Shown: positions 62,240-64,000 of the stretch, one piece after another | Numbering within the stretch: the first letter of the stretch is position 1 | Layout: the number at the start of each line of letters is the position of its first letter | Notes under the pieces: model-generated | What the model was told of the DNA's origin: nothing | The model's database searches: none | Seen by the model: only the letters and a program-made list of their open reading frames with translations | Origin: Octopus sinensis | Lineage: Eukaryota | NCBI RefSeq assembly: GCF_006345805.1 | Contig: NC_043014.1 | Location: forward strand, 24,180,001-24,244,000 | Direction: 5' to 3' | DNA length: 64,000 bases | Made by a program: the position numbers and the translations under genes

Positions 62240-62540
62240 TCTCTATATCTATAAATGGCAAAATTTCTGTTTTTTGATCGGACGGAGATAATTTTACACC
62301 TGACAGGTGGGTGCACGTGTGCATTTGCAGACAGTCTGTATGACTCTGCACATTTTTGTGTTTTGCGAAGACGCGTTATCATGTGTTTTGGCTTTCAAAC
62401 GTGCAAGCTTTTTTGATTTGAGAAATGCAGGGAATAATTAATGAGTTAGACCAAGTTAATGACAAGAGAGAGGGATTTTCATGAAAGACAAAATATGCTT
62501 GACTAGCACTAGACCTGACAACGTCGGGTCATAGTGCTAG
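62240..62540 (+). mobile_element. Complete ~300-bp non-autonomous Helitron
   Basis: A|TC start (TCTCTATATCTATAAATGGC), GACCTGAC-AAC-GTCGGGTC hairpin, CTAG|T end. Confidence 0.8.
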
Positions 62541-63061
62541 TTCTATAATAAGGAGTGATATTCCAGCAATCTGTTTAATATACAGGACACATCACTTGAC
62601 CTAAGTGTGATCTGATCCTGATTACTGAAGCTATAAAGTTTCAATTCTAAGCCTTGCACTAATTCTTTGTGGGAAAGAAGCTGTTAACAACCCTATTATT
62701 ACACTAAAAACAAGAACATTCATTTTTTAACTAACTAGAGATTGCAACCAAATCTTCCTCAAAAATTACCCTATGCTCTATAAAGGGTGCTGATATTTGT
62801 TATTAAAACACCCACCTAACCACAGATATCTCCCCCACAATTCATGTTCACTCCACACTACATTATTTGTTGTCAGCTCATTTTCTTCCCCTGAAATATT
62901 TTAAAACTATGATTCCACCCTGATATCTTTATTATTAAATCTCTCCTGTTTAGCTTGTAAAATTCTAAAATATCAGACAACCTTTTTTGTTAATTGACCA
63001 TAATTTATCTACATCATTAATTGTTTTATTTTCTGTGATTAATTTGTTACCTATCTTCTAG

Positions 63062-63174
63062 GCTAAAGGCTATGATACTTCTCAGCATATACTAGCTTGT
63101 TTTGGTGGTGCAGGAGCTCAACATGCCTGTTCCATTGCTCAGTCACTGGGTATTTCAGAAATCTTCATACACAA
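63062..63174 (+). CDS. OPLAH: 5-oxoprolinase exon ([37 protein letters not shown]), phase 0/2; gene continues beyond the window
   Basis: ttctAG acceptor, AA|GTAAAT donor; [16 protein letters not shown] motif. Confidence 0.95.
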
Positions 63175-63667
63175 GTAAATATAAATTCTTCATTTTACTT
63201 TTTTACTGGTCTCTGTCATTAGTGCAGACCTATGTAAGGACATAACTTTCAAGAGTATACTGGTACCTATTTTTTAAGAATTTTAACATCATATATTCCT
63301 TTCACATCATCATCATTAGCAGCATTATCATCTTTTTCTTTAACAACTGATTCTTTAATGAGTATAAGCACCATTTGACATTGCTTGCTTCCCTTCCTTC
63401 TAATTGCTGTTGAACACAACAAGCAACTATGTAAGATCAGCAGCAGCAATCAGTTTTCATTCCTAAATACGTGGCACAAACAGTAGCATCAGTAATGTTT
63501 CATTACCAATGCTACTTAACTCCAATAGACATGACAGCCCCTTGTAACTCTTGTCAGAAATGCAACAATCCACTGGTTACCCATTTAAACCTCTAATGAA
63601 CAATGCTATTGTTCACAAATTGCAATATAAAGTTGAATTAAAAAATAAATATGAACTGGCATATTAA

Positions 63668-64000
63668 CCCTTTCGTTACCAAACCGCCTGAAAAAAATTT
63701 TGGTTAATGTGACTAAACCGCCCAAAGCCGCCCGAATTTACCTATTCATATTTAAATGAGAATATCAGAGCGAATCTCTTTAGTACATTCGTGAAAATAC
63801 GTATTATACTTCGTAAAGAGTTCAACTACAGTTTTGTACAAAAATCGAAGTGTAATTTTAATTCCGTGAATTTTGGGAGATTTTTTTCCGAAATTTGTTC
63901 CTATTGTGTTTTCAAAATTTGTAATTTGTAATGGATACTAATTTCATTATATCAAGCAGCAAGTCAGAATTCGAAGGATTTGTTACTGAAGACCTTCATA
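63668..64000 (+). mobile_element. piggyBac-type non-autonomous element, left end (continues past the window)
   Basis: TTAA|CCCTTTCGTTACCAAACCG, similar to the TIR at 37106. Confidence 0.7.

Overview
Eukaryotic, repeat-rich genomic window. The SINE, RTE and microsatellite repertoire points to an octopus; this is an inference from repeat recognition, not a database result. The only host gene is the middle part of a 5-oxoprolinase (OPLAH) gene on the + strand. It has 11 internal GT-AG exons (1181 coding nt) that splice into one stop-free frame spanning the hydantoinase-A/ATP-binding region; the 5' and 3' exons lie outside the window. The introns are filled with RTE, CR1-like, R4-like and Penelope retroelements, mariner, piggyBac and Helitron/Helentron DNA elements, and several tRNA-derived SINE families. 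The most notable structure not explained by routine annotation is: (1) a tRNA-headed SINE, present twice, whose 3' part reconstructs to a Penelope-type minimal hammerhead ribozyme, with a 5' inversion in one copy and a 12-bp TSD in the other; (2) further hammerhead-like cores in Penelope-like foldbacks and tandem units; (3) a decayed LINE fragment present as an inverted pair with a 283-bp perfect core, bracketing 8 OPLAH exons that sum to 819 nt (phase 0 to phase 0), a candidate back-splicing geometry; (4) a pre-miRNA-like hairpin at 382-469. All functional readings are hypotheses that need the stated tests.
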